Positions 7,333 to 14,774 of a DNA stretch of 24,000 bases are shown piece after piece. How positions within the stretch are numbered: the stretch's first letter is position 1; every line of letters starts with the position of its first letter. Below the pieces are notes generated by a model that did not search any database, was not told the DNA's origin, and saw only the letters and a list, made by a program, of their open reading frames with translations. A program made the translations under genes and the position numbers. This DNA is from Infirmifilum sp. NZ. GTDB lineage: Archaea > Thermoproteota > Thermoprotei > Thermofilales > Thermofilaceae. The DNA lies in NCBI RefSeq assembly GCF_022693705.1, contig NZ_CP094288.1, positions 798,443 through 822,442 of the forward strand, in the 5' to 3' direction.

Positions 7333-7812
7333 GTGGAAAAAGCGTACATAGTCAGGGAGGCACGTCGCGAAGACCTTGACGAGGTTATAAGGATCAATAG
7401 GGAAGTCTTACCCGAGAATTACCCTGCCTTCTATTTTGAAATGCACTTGAAAAACTTCGGGAAGGCGTTCCTCGTAGCGGAGATGAATGGAAAGATCGTC
7501 GGGTATGTAATGTGCAGAGTTGAGTATGACACTCTGTACACAAACCCCAACAAGGTTGGAAAAAGGGGACACATCATTTCGATAGCCGTGATCCCTGAGG
7601 CACAAGGAAAGGGTATCGGGACCGAGTTAATGACCAGGGCGTTGGAAAGCATGAAAAAGTACTACGGAGCAGAAGAGTACTACCTGGAGGTGCGTGTCAG
7701 CAACGAGATCGCTATTCGAGTTTACAAAAAACTGGGGTTTAACGTTGTTAAAGTTCTACCCAAATACTACCTTGACGGTGAAGATGCATATTTAATGGCT
7801 CGGCCTGCTTAG
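7333..7812 (+). CDS. rimI: GNAT N-acetyltransferase, RimI/Ard1 (Naa10-like) family
   Basis: 159-aa ORF with a GTG start. IAVIPEAQGKGIGTELM is the Q/RxxGxG acetyl-CoA binding motif. The overall layout (IR.A...DL..V..I....LPENYP) matches archaeal Ard1/RimI proteins. Confidence 0.7.
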   Translation: MEKAYIVREARREDLDEVIRINREVLPENYPAFYFEMHLKNFGKAFLVAEMNGKIVGYVMCRVEYDTLYTNPNKVGKRGHIISIAVIPEAQGKGIGTELMTRALESMKKYYGAEEYYLEVRVSNEIAIRVYKKLGFNVVKVLPKYYLDGEDAYLMARPA

Positions 7813-9083
7813 ACTTTGACAACAGTATCTGCCTGCGAGTCATAGAGCGCGATTTGCGTCCAGTTGTACCCGCTTGGCGTCCTGATCACTGCCCAAACTG
7901 CGTAGTCTCCCGCTGACCTGTCTCCTGTTTGGTCTAGTGCTGTGTTTCCTGTTACTCCGTAGTAGTGCTGCGCCACTGTGGGGAGGGCTTTGGCGATGGC
8001 TTCCCCGCTGTACTGGCCTGCAGCCATCACCGAGAGGGCCACAAGCCAAGCAGCATCGTAAGCGTTCATTGCATAAGAGTGCGGGTATTCGCCAAACCTA
8101 CTTCTAAACCTTTCAATAAACTCCTGTTGCTGAGGGTTACCAGCGGGCTGGAAGATCGTGCACGGAAACCCTCCGAGCATCACCAGCTGTCCGCCAACTT
8201 GGTCAGAGAGCTTTGTCGATAAAGCTACGCCGTCTGTTCCGAACCACTTGAGCTTTGAGAGTGTGGGGTTTTGGGCGGCTGCCTGGATTACTTTTATGCC
8301 GTCGTCCTCGAAGCTGATGAGCACTACTGCGGTGGAGGGGCCGAGCTTGGAGGCGGCTTCGGCGAGCCTAGCGACCTCGCCCGAGACGTCCTGGGCGTTG
8401 GGGTCGAAGGCGACGGCCTCGACGCTGCCGCCGAGCTCCCGGAACCTGGCGGCGAACGCCTCGAACAGCCCCTTACCCCACGCGTCGTTCCTGTAGATCA
8501 CCGCAGCCCCCCGGAAGCCGCTGCTGAACACCAGCCTAGCCAGCGCCCGCCCCTGGTACACGTCGCTAGGCACAACCCTAAACACGTAGTCACCAGCAAC
8601 AGCAAGCGAAATCGCAGTGGAGCCTACGCTTACTACTACGACTTTGTTTGCGTCTGCGAACTGCTTGACTTGGCTTACTTCGCTGCTCGCTTCAAGCCCT
8701 ATGACGGCTTGTACTCCTTGGGCTGCGAGGGCCTGTATCTTGGCTCTAGCCTGCTCGGGGTTCGTGCCGGTGTCCTCGACGAGGAGCCTGAACCTGAAAG
8801 GCGACCCAACCTGCTCCGCGAAAGCATTAATATCCTCCACAGCAAGCTCGAGCGCGTGCATATCTCGCTTACCGTACGATTCCAAGTCTCCTGTGAGTTC
8901 GACTAACGCTCCTATGGGGACCACAACTGCCTGCACTCGAGTTGTATTTTGCTGTAGTGACGTGAGTGACGTGAAGTAAGAAAGCCCCAGAGCTACTCCA
9001 AGAAGCAGACCCACTATCATAGCGGCGGAGATTTTTATCGCGGCTCTAACGCTTTTTCTTTGGCTGGATTGATTCGCCTGCAC
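7809..9083 (-). CDS. ABC transporter substrate-binding protein, type-1 periplasmic-binding fold (branched-chain amino acid/LivJ-like), membrane-anchored
   Basis: 424 aa. N-terminal anchor AAMIVGLLLGVALGLSYF is followed by a Leu/Ile/Val-binding-protein-like body (GALVELTGDLESYGK...DTGTNPEQA...GVQAVIG...VVSVGST...FRVVPSD...). No permease or ATPase genes are adjacent in this window. Confidence 0.6.
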   Translation of the reverse strand: MQANQSSQRKSVRAAIKISAAMIVGLLLGVALGLSYFTSLTSLQQNTTRVQAVVVPIGALVELTGDLESYGKRDMHALELAVEDINAFAEQVGSPFRFRLLVEDTGTNPEQARAKIQALAAQGVQAVIGLEASSEVSQVKQFADANKVVVVSVGSTAISLAVAGDYVFRVVPSDVYQGRALARLVFSSGFRGAAVIYRNDAWGKGLFEAFAARFRELGGSVEAVAFDPNAQDVSGEVARLAEAASKLGPSTAVVLISFEDDGIKVIQAAAQNPTLSKLKWFGTDGVALSTKLSDQVGGQLVMLGGFPCTIFQPAGNPQQQEFIERFRSRFGEYPHSYAMNAYDAAWLVALSVMAAGQYSGEAIAKALPTVAQHYYGVTGNTALDQTGDRSAGDYAVWAVIRTPSGYNWTQIALYDSQADTVVKV

Positions 9084-9257
9084 GGTCAGTGTTGAAAAAT
9101 CTAGCTTTTTAAGGATGGTGATACTTATAATTCTTCAACGAGTATTTGGCATATATCATATTGATTAATGTTTTGTTGTCAGATATAATAAGCTCAAAGG
9201 ACATCCGTGAGGCAAAAAAGTTATAATCGTTCTTTTCCATGAGGAGTGGGGATATCT

Positions 9258-9413
9258 ATGCCCATTAGGGACCCTGAAAAACTGCAACTGGCCCTAGATC
9301 ACCACTTTAAAGTGAAGATCTGCAGAAGGTGTAATGCTCGTAATCCTTGGGAGGCCGAAAGGTGCCGTAGGTGCCACAGCAGGGATCTTCGGCCTAAGAG
9401 GTACAAGAAGTAG
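9258..9413 (+). CDS. rpl40e: 50S ribosomal protein L40e
   Basis: Below the ORF-track size cutoff. ATG 9258 to TAG 9411-9413 encodes [51 protein letters not shown], the L40e zinc-ribbon sequence (CRRC...CRRC). Confidence 0.85.
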   Translation: MPIRDPEKLQLALDHHFKVKICRRCNARNPWEAERCRRCHSRDLRPKRYKK

Positions 9414-9464
9414 AAACGTTTTCTTTTTATCAAGCTTTTACTATGATAATCTTTGTGCAGAACT

Positions 9465-9677
9465 ATGGGACGCATAGATAAGGGGGCCAAGTGCTCCGTA
9501 GAGGGGTGCGAAAGAGACGCTATCAGATCCATATCGCTCGAGAATTTCAAGAAGAGTGGTGTTTCCCTTAAGCTAAAGGAAGGTGTAAGACGGGTGTACC
9601 TCTGTCGAGAACACTACAAGGAATACAAGAAGAGCTATCGAAAAAACGTTTGGAGGATTGAGCGCTTTAACTGGTGA
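9465..9677 (+). CDS. Small Cys/His-containing basic protein, function unknown
   Basis: MGRIDKGAKCSVEGCERDAIRSISLENFKKSGVSLKLKEGVRRVYLCREHYKEYKK... has C-x4-C ... C-x2-H spacing, which suggests zinc binding. Its stop overlaps the polB GTG start (GTGA at 9674-9677). ATG 9465 is preferred over TTG 9453. Confidence 0.45.
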   Translation: MGRIDKGAKCSVEGCERDAIRSISLENFKKSGVSLKLKEGVRRVYLCREHYKEYKKSYRKNVWRIERFNW

Positions 9678-12202
9678 CATCCGTGCTTTACCTTTTCTCG
9701 GTCAGGTACTCCGGTCCCGACGGAAAAGCTGTGATGTACTTCTACGACGATGAGACCGGCACTCTCAAAGCAGTGCCGGACTACAGCGGCCACAAGCCTT
9801 ACCTGCTTACAGATTACACGCCTGAAGAGCTTATTGAGAAGTTCCCAGAAGTTTTACGGCACCCAGGTTTTAACAAAATTGAAGTTGTCGAGAAGTACGA
9901 CGCTCTCAACGACCGATGGGTTATTATGACTAAGGTCGAGGCGCTTGACCCATTGTCTATCGGAGGTTCGTCTAAGAGCATAAGGGAAGTTCTCAAGGGG
10001 CACGCCTGGGAGGCTAAGATAAAGTACCATCACTGCTACATCTATGACAAGCATTTGATCCCTGGTATGCCCTACACTTTGACCAACGGTGAACCTAAAC
10101 TGGCTGAAGTGGAGGTTCCGCAGGGCATAAGAGAGCTCGTTAAGACCTTAAGCGAGGATAAAGTGCAGGAAACTGAGATGCTTGAGTGGGCTAAACTTCT
10201 CAACGCTCCTATCCCGAAGATTCGACGAATAGCGATCGACATTGAAGTTGAGTCTGAGGCACTCCGCGTACCCAGCCCTAAATTAGCAGAAGACAGAGTA
10301 ATCGCAGTCTCCTTTTATTCCTCCGACGGTCGGAAAGGCGTCTTCCTCCTAAAGAGGCGGAACATGAATGCAAGGGAGGCTCCAAAAATACCGAATGCCG
10401 ATGTCAGGTTTTTTGAAGACGAGAAAGATCTCCTCCAGGCTGTTTTCTCATTACTCGACAGCTACCCGGTCGTTCTTACTTTTAACGGCGATAACTTCGA
10501 CCTTCCTTACCTATACAACAGGGCTCTCAAGCTCGGCTTTAGGAAAGAAAACATCCCTATAGTGTGGAGCGAGAAGTCGGAGTACGCTGATCTCCGCAAC
10601 TCGATTCACATAGACCTGTACAAGTTCTTCACTAATAAATCAATGAAAGTCTATGCCTTTGGCAACAAATACAGGGAGGGGCAGACCCTAGACGAGATAG
10701 CTTCAGCGCTGATAGGTAAGGGAAAAGTTAAACACGAGGACCTGATATCGGAGATGAGCTACGAAAGACTGGCTGAGTACAGTTTTCGTGACGCAGAGCT
10801 GACTTATGAGCTAACCGCCTTCAACGACGACCTTGTAATGAAGCTGATTATCCTCATGATGAGGATCTCGAAGTTGCCTATGGAGGACCTTACGCGCCAC
10901 AATATCTCTGCATGGATTCGGAACATGTTCTACTTTGAACACAGACAGCGAGGGTGGCTAATCCCCAACCCAGAGGAGATCGTACAGCTAAAGGGAGAAA
11001 CTTCGACTAGAGCTATAATAAAAGGCAAGAAATACCTTGGAGCGATAGTCATAGACCCCATACCTGGAGTCTACTTTAACGTGCTCGTAGTGGACTTTGC
11101 CAGCCTGTATCCCAGCGTGATAAAGACGGGTAATCTTAGCTATGAGACTGTCCGCTGCCCGCACGAGGAGTGCAAGAAGAACATTATACCCGGCACAACA
11201 CACTGGGTGTGTACAAGGAAACGAGGTATGATGTCGTCGCTCATAGGCGTTCTGAGAGACCTGCGCGTCTACGTGTACAAAAAAGTGGCAAAAGAAAGCA
11301 AGGACAGCGCTGAAAAACAGCAGTACGAAGTTATCCAATCTGCTCTCAAGGTCTTCCTGAATGCAAGCTACGGAGTCTTCGGCTCTGAGGCCTTCCCATT
11401 GTATTGTCCCCCTGTGGCCGAGGGCACGACGGCTTTGGGTAGGTACGCGATTCTAAAGACTATGCGCAAAGCCGTTGATCTAGGTATCCCTGTTCTTTAT
11501 GGTGACACAGACAGCCTCTTTCTGTGGAACCCCTCACGTGAACAGCTCGATAAACTTCTCCAATCAGTTTTAGACGAGCTGAAAATCGACCTAAGCATAG
11601 ATAAGGAGTACAAGTGGGTCGTGTTCAGTGAGAGAAAGAAGAACTACCTAGGAGCACTCAAAGACGGGAAAGTGGATGTGAAGGGACTTGTTGGCAAGAA
11701 GCGAAACACTCCGGACTTCGTAAAGAACCTCTTTACAGAGATCACTTCACTACTCTCTAAGGCCGAGAACATAACCTCTTTCGAGGAAAGCATAGAGAAG
11801 GTTAGGGAGATCATCAGGCAGGCTATAAAGGAGCTTAAAAGTGGTGAAGTACCGCTCGACCAGCTTGCTTTCAATGTCGTGCTAACGAAAGACATCCAGG
11901 AGTACAACAAGACAACACCTCAGCACAAGAAAGCCGCTCAGCAACTTTTGTCAGAGTACCGTAAGCTCTACGGAAGCGTCCCGGTGAATATTACACGTGG
12001 TAGCATAGTCAGCTACGTTAAAACAAGGGATAAGCATGGCGTGAAACATCTCCAGCTGGCGAGGATCGACGAGGTAGATACTGAAAAATACTTAGAAGTG
12101 ATGAAAACCACGCTGGAGCAAGTCCTGGACGCGCTTGAAATAAGCTTCGACGAGCTGCTCGGAGTCTCTTCCATCGATGAGTTCCTAAAAATCAAACAAT
12201 GA
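9674..12202 (+). CDS. polB: DNA polymerase, family B
   Basis: Exo I IAIDIEV, Exo II FNGDNFDLPYL, Exo III YSFRDAELTYEL, motif A DFASLYPSVI, motif B KVFLNASYGVFG, motif C YGDTDSLF. The Cys/His insert after motif A (RCPHEECKK...HWVC) resembles the layout of Pfu-type/PolB3-like enzymes. That subtype assignment is an inference. Confidence 0.9.
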   Translation: MTSVLYLFSVRYSGPDGKAVMYFYDDETGTLKAVPDYSGHKPYLLTDYTPEELIEKFPEVLRHPGFNKIEVVEKYDALNDRWVIMTKVEALDPLSIGGSSKSIREVLKGHAWEAKIKYHHCYIYDKHLIPGMPYTLTNGEPKLAEVEVPQGIRELVKTLSEDKVQETEMLEWAKLLNAPIPKIRRIAIDIEVESEALRVPSPKLAEDRVIAVSFYSSDGRKGVFLLKRRNMNAREAPKIPNADVRFFEDEKDLLQAVFSLLDSYPVVLTFNGDNFDLPYLYNRALKLGFRKENIPIVWSEKSEYADLRNSIHIDLYKFFTNKSMKVYAFGNKYREGQTLDEIASALIGKGKVKHEDLISEMSYERLAEYSFRDAELTYELTAFNDDLVMKLIILMMRISKLPMEDLTRHNISAWIRNMFYFEHRQRGWLIPNPEEIVQLKGETSTRAIIKGKKYLGAIVIDPIPGVYFNVLVVDFASLYPSVIKTGNLSYETVRCPHEECKKNIIPGTTHWVCTRKRGMMSSLIGVLRDLRVYVYKKVAKESKDSAEKQQYEVIQSALKVFLNASYGVFGSEAFPLYCPPVAEGTTALGRYAILKTMRKAVDLGIPVLYGDTDSLFLWNPSREQLDKLLQSVLDELKIDLSIDKEYKWVVFSERKKNYLGALKDGKVDVKGLVGKKRNTPDFVKNLFTEITSLLSKAENITSFEESIEKVREIIRQAIKELKSGEVPLDQLAFNVVLTKDIQEYNKTTPQHKKAAQQLLSEYRKLYGSVPVNITRGSIVSYVKTRDKHGVKHLQLARIDEVDTEKYLEVMKTTLEQVLDALEISFDELLGVSSIDEFLKIKQ

Positions 12203-12215
12203 GAAAAGAAATGCT

Positions 12216-12521
12216 CTATACTGAAACAGCTTCCTCTATTTTCTTCCTAGCCGCCTCAAAATCGGGCTGAGTCCCGATCACTGGAACCTTCGTTAATATA
12301 TGCCTTACTTGCCCATCATCATATACCACGAAGACTTGAGGAATATCTGCGCCCCCCAACTCGTCCTTCTCACCGTACTTAGTCAGAAACACATAGTCTT
12401 CTTCCCTTTCCTCGAACTCTAGCCCCCTGCTCGCAGCAATCTCCTGACATATCTTCTTCAGCTTGTCATTAAAGCTAGCCCAAGAGGCTCCAACAAACAC
12501 TATTTTCACAGGTTTTCCCAT
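12216..12521 (-). CDS. Hypothetical protein (101 aa)
   Basis: A clean ORF with an ATG start and ATATAAATAG about 40 nt upstream on the reverse strand. I recognise no diagnostic motif. Confidence 0.5.
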   Translation of the reverse strand: MGKPVKIVFVGASWASFNDKLKKICQEIAASRGLEFEEREEDYVFLTKYGEKDELGGADIPQVFVVYDDGQVRHILTKVPVIGTQPDFEAARKKIEEAVSV

Positions 12522-12659
12522 CGCGGCTCACCGCAAGCACTGAAAGGCTCTCCAATCCTCTATTTATATCCTCCGCTAGTACTCACAGGAACTTTTAATT
12601 TTCAGCAGCAATGCTACTATTTGATTCCCCTCACTTTTTTGTTTATTTCATGCTTATGC

Positions 12660-13020
12660 GCTTAGCTTCATCTGCCCCCGGTAGGGTAAGACCTTGGCAA
12701 TGTGGCTGCATATCCTCGCCTTCTCGCTGTACCAGGGGTAGGTGTGGCCTAACTTGGGACCCCCTCGACGAGCCAGTGCTCCCCGCCAACCCTCTCCACC
12801 CTCCCAGCCAAAGCCTGTACGTGGCCCCGTAAATCCACTCCGCGGGCTTATCGAGGAAATAGAACTGCAGCTCCCCTAAGGCCTCGAGCAGGTCCCCCGC
12901 GCTCCTCGACTACCCTATCGCCGCACTGGCCGTAGAAGGCGAGCCCCATCAGCACCCAGGGCACTCTGCTCTCGCTACTCCTAGCCTTCAAGCGAGAGCA
13001 CCCGCAGAGCCTTCTTAGTC
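12660..13020. other. G+C-rich ORF-free segment: candidate structured ncRNA or decayed gene (family and strand unresolved)
   Basis: No credible ORF on either strand. The composition is visibly G+C-rich (39/60 G+C in 12781-12840 by my count), whereas other intergenic DNA here is AT-rich. Perfect hairpin 12968-12976/12991-12999. Long-range complements 12679-12688/12911-12920, 12715-12724/12934-12943 and 12772-12779/12923-12930. Confidence 0.25.
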
Positions 13021-13039
13021 AGCGATATAGTATGAGTTA

Positions 13040-13408
13040 CTACTCTTCTTTCAGCATGTCGCTGATGCTTTTCACCTCTCCCCCTTTCTTGTAAACGATT
13101 TTTGTCTCAAGTCTTATAGGGAGACCTATCTCGCTGAAAACCCAGTATACTGTCTCTGCATTCATGTTGCCTTTTAGTCTTCCAGAGTAGTACAGTCTCC
13201 CCAACTTCTCCCCTATTTTCCTAGCCGTATCTCCATACTGTTCAACCGCTTTTTCAAACATCATCTTACCGTCATCTGTTAGATGCTCCAGAAATACTGC
13301 GTAGTAATCGGGCTCAGTTTTCTTGGCGTCTTTTTTTCCCAGCAACTCTTTCTGCATTCTTTGGAGCATTCTTCGTTTAATGATCTCAAGATCTATATCT
13401 CCACTCAT
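13040..13408 (-). CDS. PDCD5/TFAR19-like DNA-binding protein (COG2118 family)
   Basis: 122 aa. The N-terminal LEIIKRRMLQRMQKEL helix and the C-terminal ...YYSGRLKGNMNAETVYWVFSEI...ETKIVYKK match the pattern of archaeal PDCD5 homologues. Confidence 0.6.
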   Translation of the reverse strand: MSGDIDLEIIKRRMLQRMQKELLGKKDAKKTEPDYYAVFLEHLTDDGKMMFEKAVEQYGDTARKIGEKLGRLYYSGRLKGNMNAETVYWVFSEIGLPIRLETKIVYKKGGEVKSISDMLKEE

Positions 13409-13468
13409 CCTGCCTCACCCTTTCTCAATGAAGTTAACAATATAATGCTTGCACTAATATTTCATACA

Positions 13469-13543
13469 GGCCGGGTGGTAATAAGGTCGCCGCTCGAGGC
13501 GCTTCGCGCACGCGATGAAAAGCGGCAACCCACACCCGGTACA
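13469..13543 (+). ncRNA. Candidate H/ACA box guide sRNA (single hairpin)
   Basis: Lower stem CCGGGTG(13471-13477)/CACCCGG(13533-13539). Internal pocket (5' side 13478-13488, 3' side 13527-13532). 6-bp upper stem GCCGCT(13489-13494)/AGCGGC(13521-13526). Possible K-turn/K-loop tandem G-A pairs (GA 13496-13497 with GA 13517-13518). ACA at 13541-13543 lies 15 nt after the base of the upper stem. TATA-like AATATAAT (13439-13446) is about 25 nt upstream, and a T6 run at 13551-13556 follows. Confidence 0.35.
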
Positions 13544-13694
13544 AACTAGCTTTTTTCTAGGGAAAATAGAGGGTGAGCCAATTCGCCAGGCTATACCCGT
13601 ATATACATTCAACGATTCAGTAACTTTAACTGCTTTAACCCCGCTGAAGATCGGGCTATAGAACGTATTTCCTAAATGTTCCCAACACGAGAAG

Positions 13695-13768
13695 TGGGCC
13701 GGCCGGGATTTGAACCCGGGACCCCCCGGTTATCAGCCGGATGCTCTACCTGGCTGAGCCACCGGCCC
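13695..13768 (-). tRNA. tRNA-Ile(GAU), intron-less
   Basis: The reverse complement reads GGGCCGG-TG-GCTC-AGCCAGGTA-GAGC-A-TCCGG-CTGATAA-CCGGG-GGGTC-CCGGG-TTCAAAT-CCCGG-CCGGCCC-A, a perfect 74-nt cloverleaf. Confidence 0.9.
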
Positions 13769-13907
13769 TAGGCGCTGCGACTAATTCAATTACCTAGCTC
13801 AGTTATTTAATCTTTTGGTCCGCACGTGATTAGTTTTCCGTATACGAGAAGATTGTGCAAGCCTTACTCGCGCTTTTAGGTTCAGGCAATAAGTGTACTG
13901 TTTAAGG

Positions 13908-14015
13908 CGCCCCGGCCGGGATTCGAACCCGGGTTCTGCGGCTCTCTGCCGGAGCTACCGGCGACAGGCCGCCACTCCAGGACAGGGTCTTCCTGGGCCA
14001 CTAGACGACCGGGGC
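13908..14015 (-). tRNA. tRNA-Asp(GUC) with two introns: 16 nt in the D-stem 3' strand (13975..13990) and 18 nt canonical 37/38 (13944..13961)
   Basis: The 108-nt precursor on the reverse strand is GCCCCGG-TC-GTCT-AGTGGCCCA-GGA[AGACCCTGTCCTGGAG]T-G-GCGGC-CTGTCG[CCGGTAGCTCCGGCAGAG]A-GCCGC-AGAAC-CCGGG-TTCGAAT-CCCGG-CCGGGGC-G. Removing both inserts gives a 74-nt cloverleaf whose D stem GTCT/GGAT is identical to that of tRNA-Val. Both inserts have 4-bp central helices (CCAG/CTGG and CTGT/GCAG) flanked by 3-nt bulges, with the cleavage sites in register. Confidence 0.8.
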
Positions 14016-14143
14016 TAATCGCAGTTACCTAAAAGGGGTTATTAAATTTTTACCCTAAGGAAGCTCAGCCTCACAACCCCCCTTTCGGCCAACTTCTTCC
14101 CGGAGAGAAAGATTTATGATACCTTTATCCCCTGTTTGTGTGG

Positions 14144-14236
14144 GGGCCGGTAGCTCAGCTAGGTAGAGCGGCGGTCGCTCAGAACAGGCCGAGGCTCCAG
14201 ACCCGTAGGTCGGGGGTTCAAGTCCCTCCCGGCCCA
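14144..14236 (+). tRNA. tRNA-Trp(CCA) with a 19-nt non-canonical intron (14175..14193, position 30/31); 3' CCA encoded (14237-14239)
   Basis: Acceptor GGGCCGG/CCGGCCC, D arm GCTC-AGCTAGGTA-GAGC. After intron removal the anticodon arm is GCGGG-CTCCAGA-CCCGT; T arm GGGGG-TTCAAGT-CCCTC. BHB: CGGC(14169-14172)/GCCG(14188-14191), bulges GGT and AGG. Mature length 74 nt. Confidence 0.8.
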
Positions 14237-14254
14237 CCACTCCCTTTTTGGGAG

Positions 14255-14767
14255 TTAGGGCTTAGACGGCGATTTTTGCAGAAATTTTGCTAGAAGGAGT
14301 CTGATTATAGAGTCATTTAATTCAATCTGGCTTGATACTGCGATTAAAGTTACATCAAGCTGCACACAGGGGTTTCTAAGCATGCTAATAATCTCCCTTT
14401 TGATGTCTTTCGCAGCTTTAGTGGATTTCACAGCTATTGTTCTGCCGTCAATGTAATCACTTTTCCTAACGACGAGAGACCTCCTATCGGTGAACGTTAG
14501 GCTGCACGACCCCCTAGCGATCATGTAGTCGTACAGATCTGTGTCCGGAATTGCCAATATCATCACTAACCAGTCTCCTCTACGAAGTGAGTCCTTAAGA
14601 TCCTTAGACAGATCGAAAGCCGATTTAGTCGCTGAAACAGCCAATATGCAGTCCCCTCGAGGAGTAAGATCATTATCTCTTGTGATCTCCAGCGTAGTTG
14701 CATGAAAGGCTTTTACATTAGGGTGCCCGAACGCTTTCAACTTTTCAACAGCAACTATTGCCTGCAT
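14255..14767 (-). CDS. DUF371 domain protein
   Basis: MQAIVAVEKLKAFGHPNVKAFHATTLEITRDNDLTPRGDCILAV matches the conserved DUF371 signature (GH.N..A.H.TT.E.T.D..LT.RGDCI). ATG 14767 is preferred because the longer track ORF would overlap the FEN1 3' end by 92 nt. Confidence 0.65.
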   Translation of the reverse strand: MQAIVAVEKLKAFGHPNVKAFHATTLEITRDNDLTPRGDCILAVSATKSAFDLSKDLKDSLRRGDWLVMILAIPDTDLYDYMIARGSCSLTFTDRRSLVVRKSDYIDGRTIAVKSTKAAKDIKREIISMLRNPCVQLDVTLIAVSSQIELNDSIIRLLLAKFLQKSPSKP

Positions 14768-14774
14768 CGAAGAC

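Noticed and set aside
7840-8979. ORFs of 69-211 aa overlapping the substrate-binding-protein gene: 7840..8049 on the same strand in another frame, the rest on the opposite strand.
   Set aside because: They are alternative-frame or antisense shadow ORFs in a G+C-rich CDS, with Gly/Pro/Arg/Ala-biased composition.
9299-9550. 83-aa reverse-strand ORF.
   Set aside because: It is antisense to the L40e gene and the small Cys/His ORF. No support.
12611-12832. 73-aa + strand ORF (MLLFDSPHFFVYF...).
   Set aside because: Pro/Arg/Cys-rich composition typical of a chance ORF in G+C-rich DNA. It starts in AT-rich promoter-like sequence, and no motif is recognisable.
12660-13020. Calling the G+C-rich segment RNase P RNA or SRP (7S) RNA.
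   Set aside because: Only short partial resemblances were found (GTAAATCCAC, AAATAG, GGGCTTATCG, GAGCAGGTC). The universally conserved RNase P CR-I GAGGAAAGUCC and ACAGAA of CR-V are absent, as is the SRP helix-8 GNRA/AGCA motif. The element order does not fit either family. It is left as an unassigned candidate.
13283-13549. 88-aa + strand ORF.
   Set aside because: It is antisense to the 5' end of the PDCD5-like gene and then runs through the intergenic H/ACA-like hairpin. The composition is not protein-like.
14055-14240. 61-aa reverse-strand ORF.
   Set aside because: It is simply the antisense of tRNA-Trp and its promoter region.
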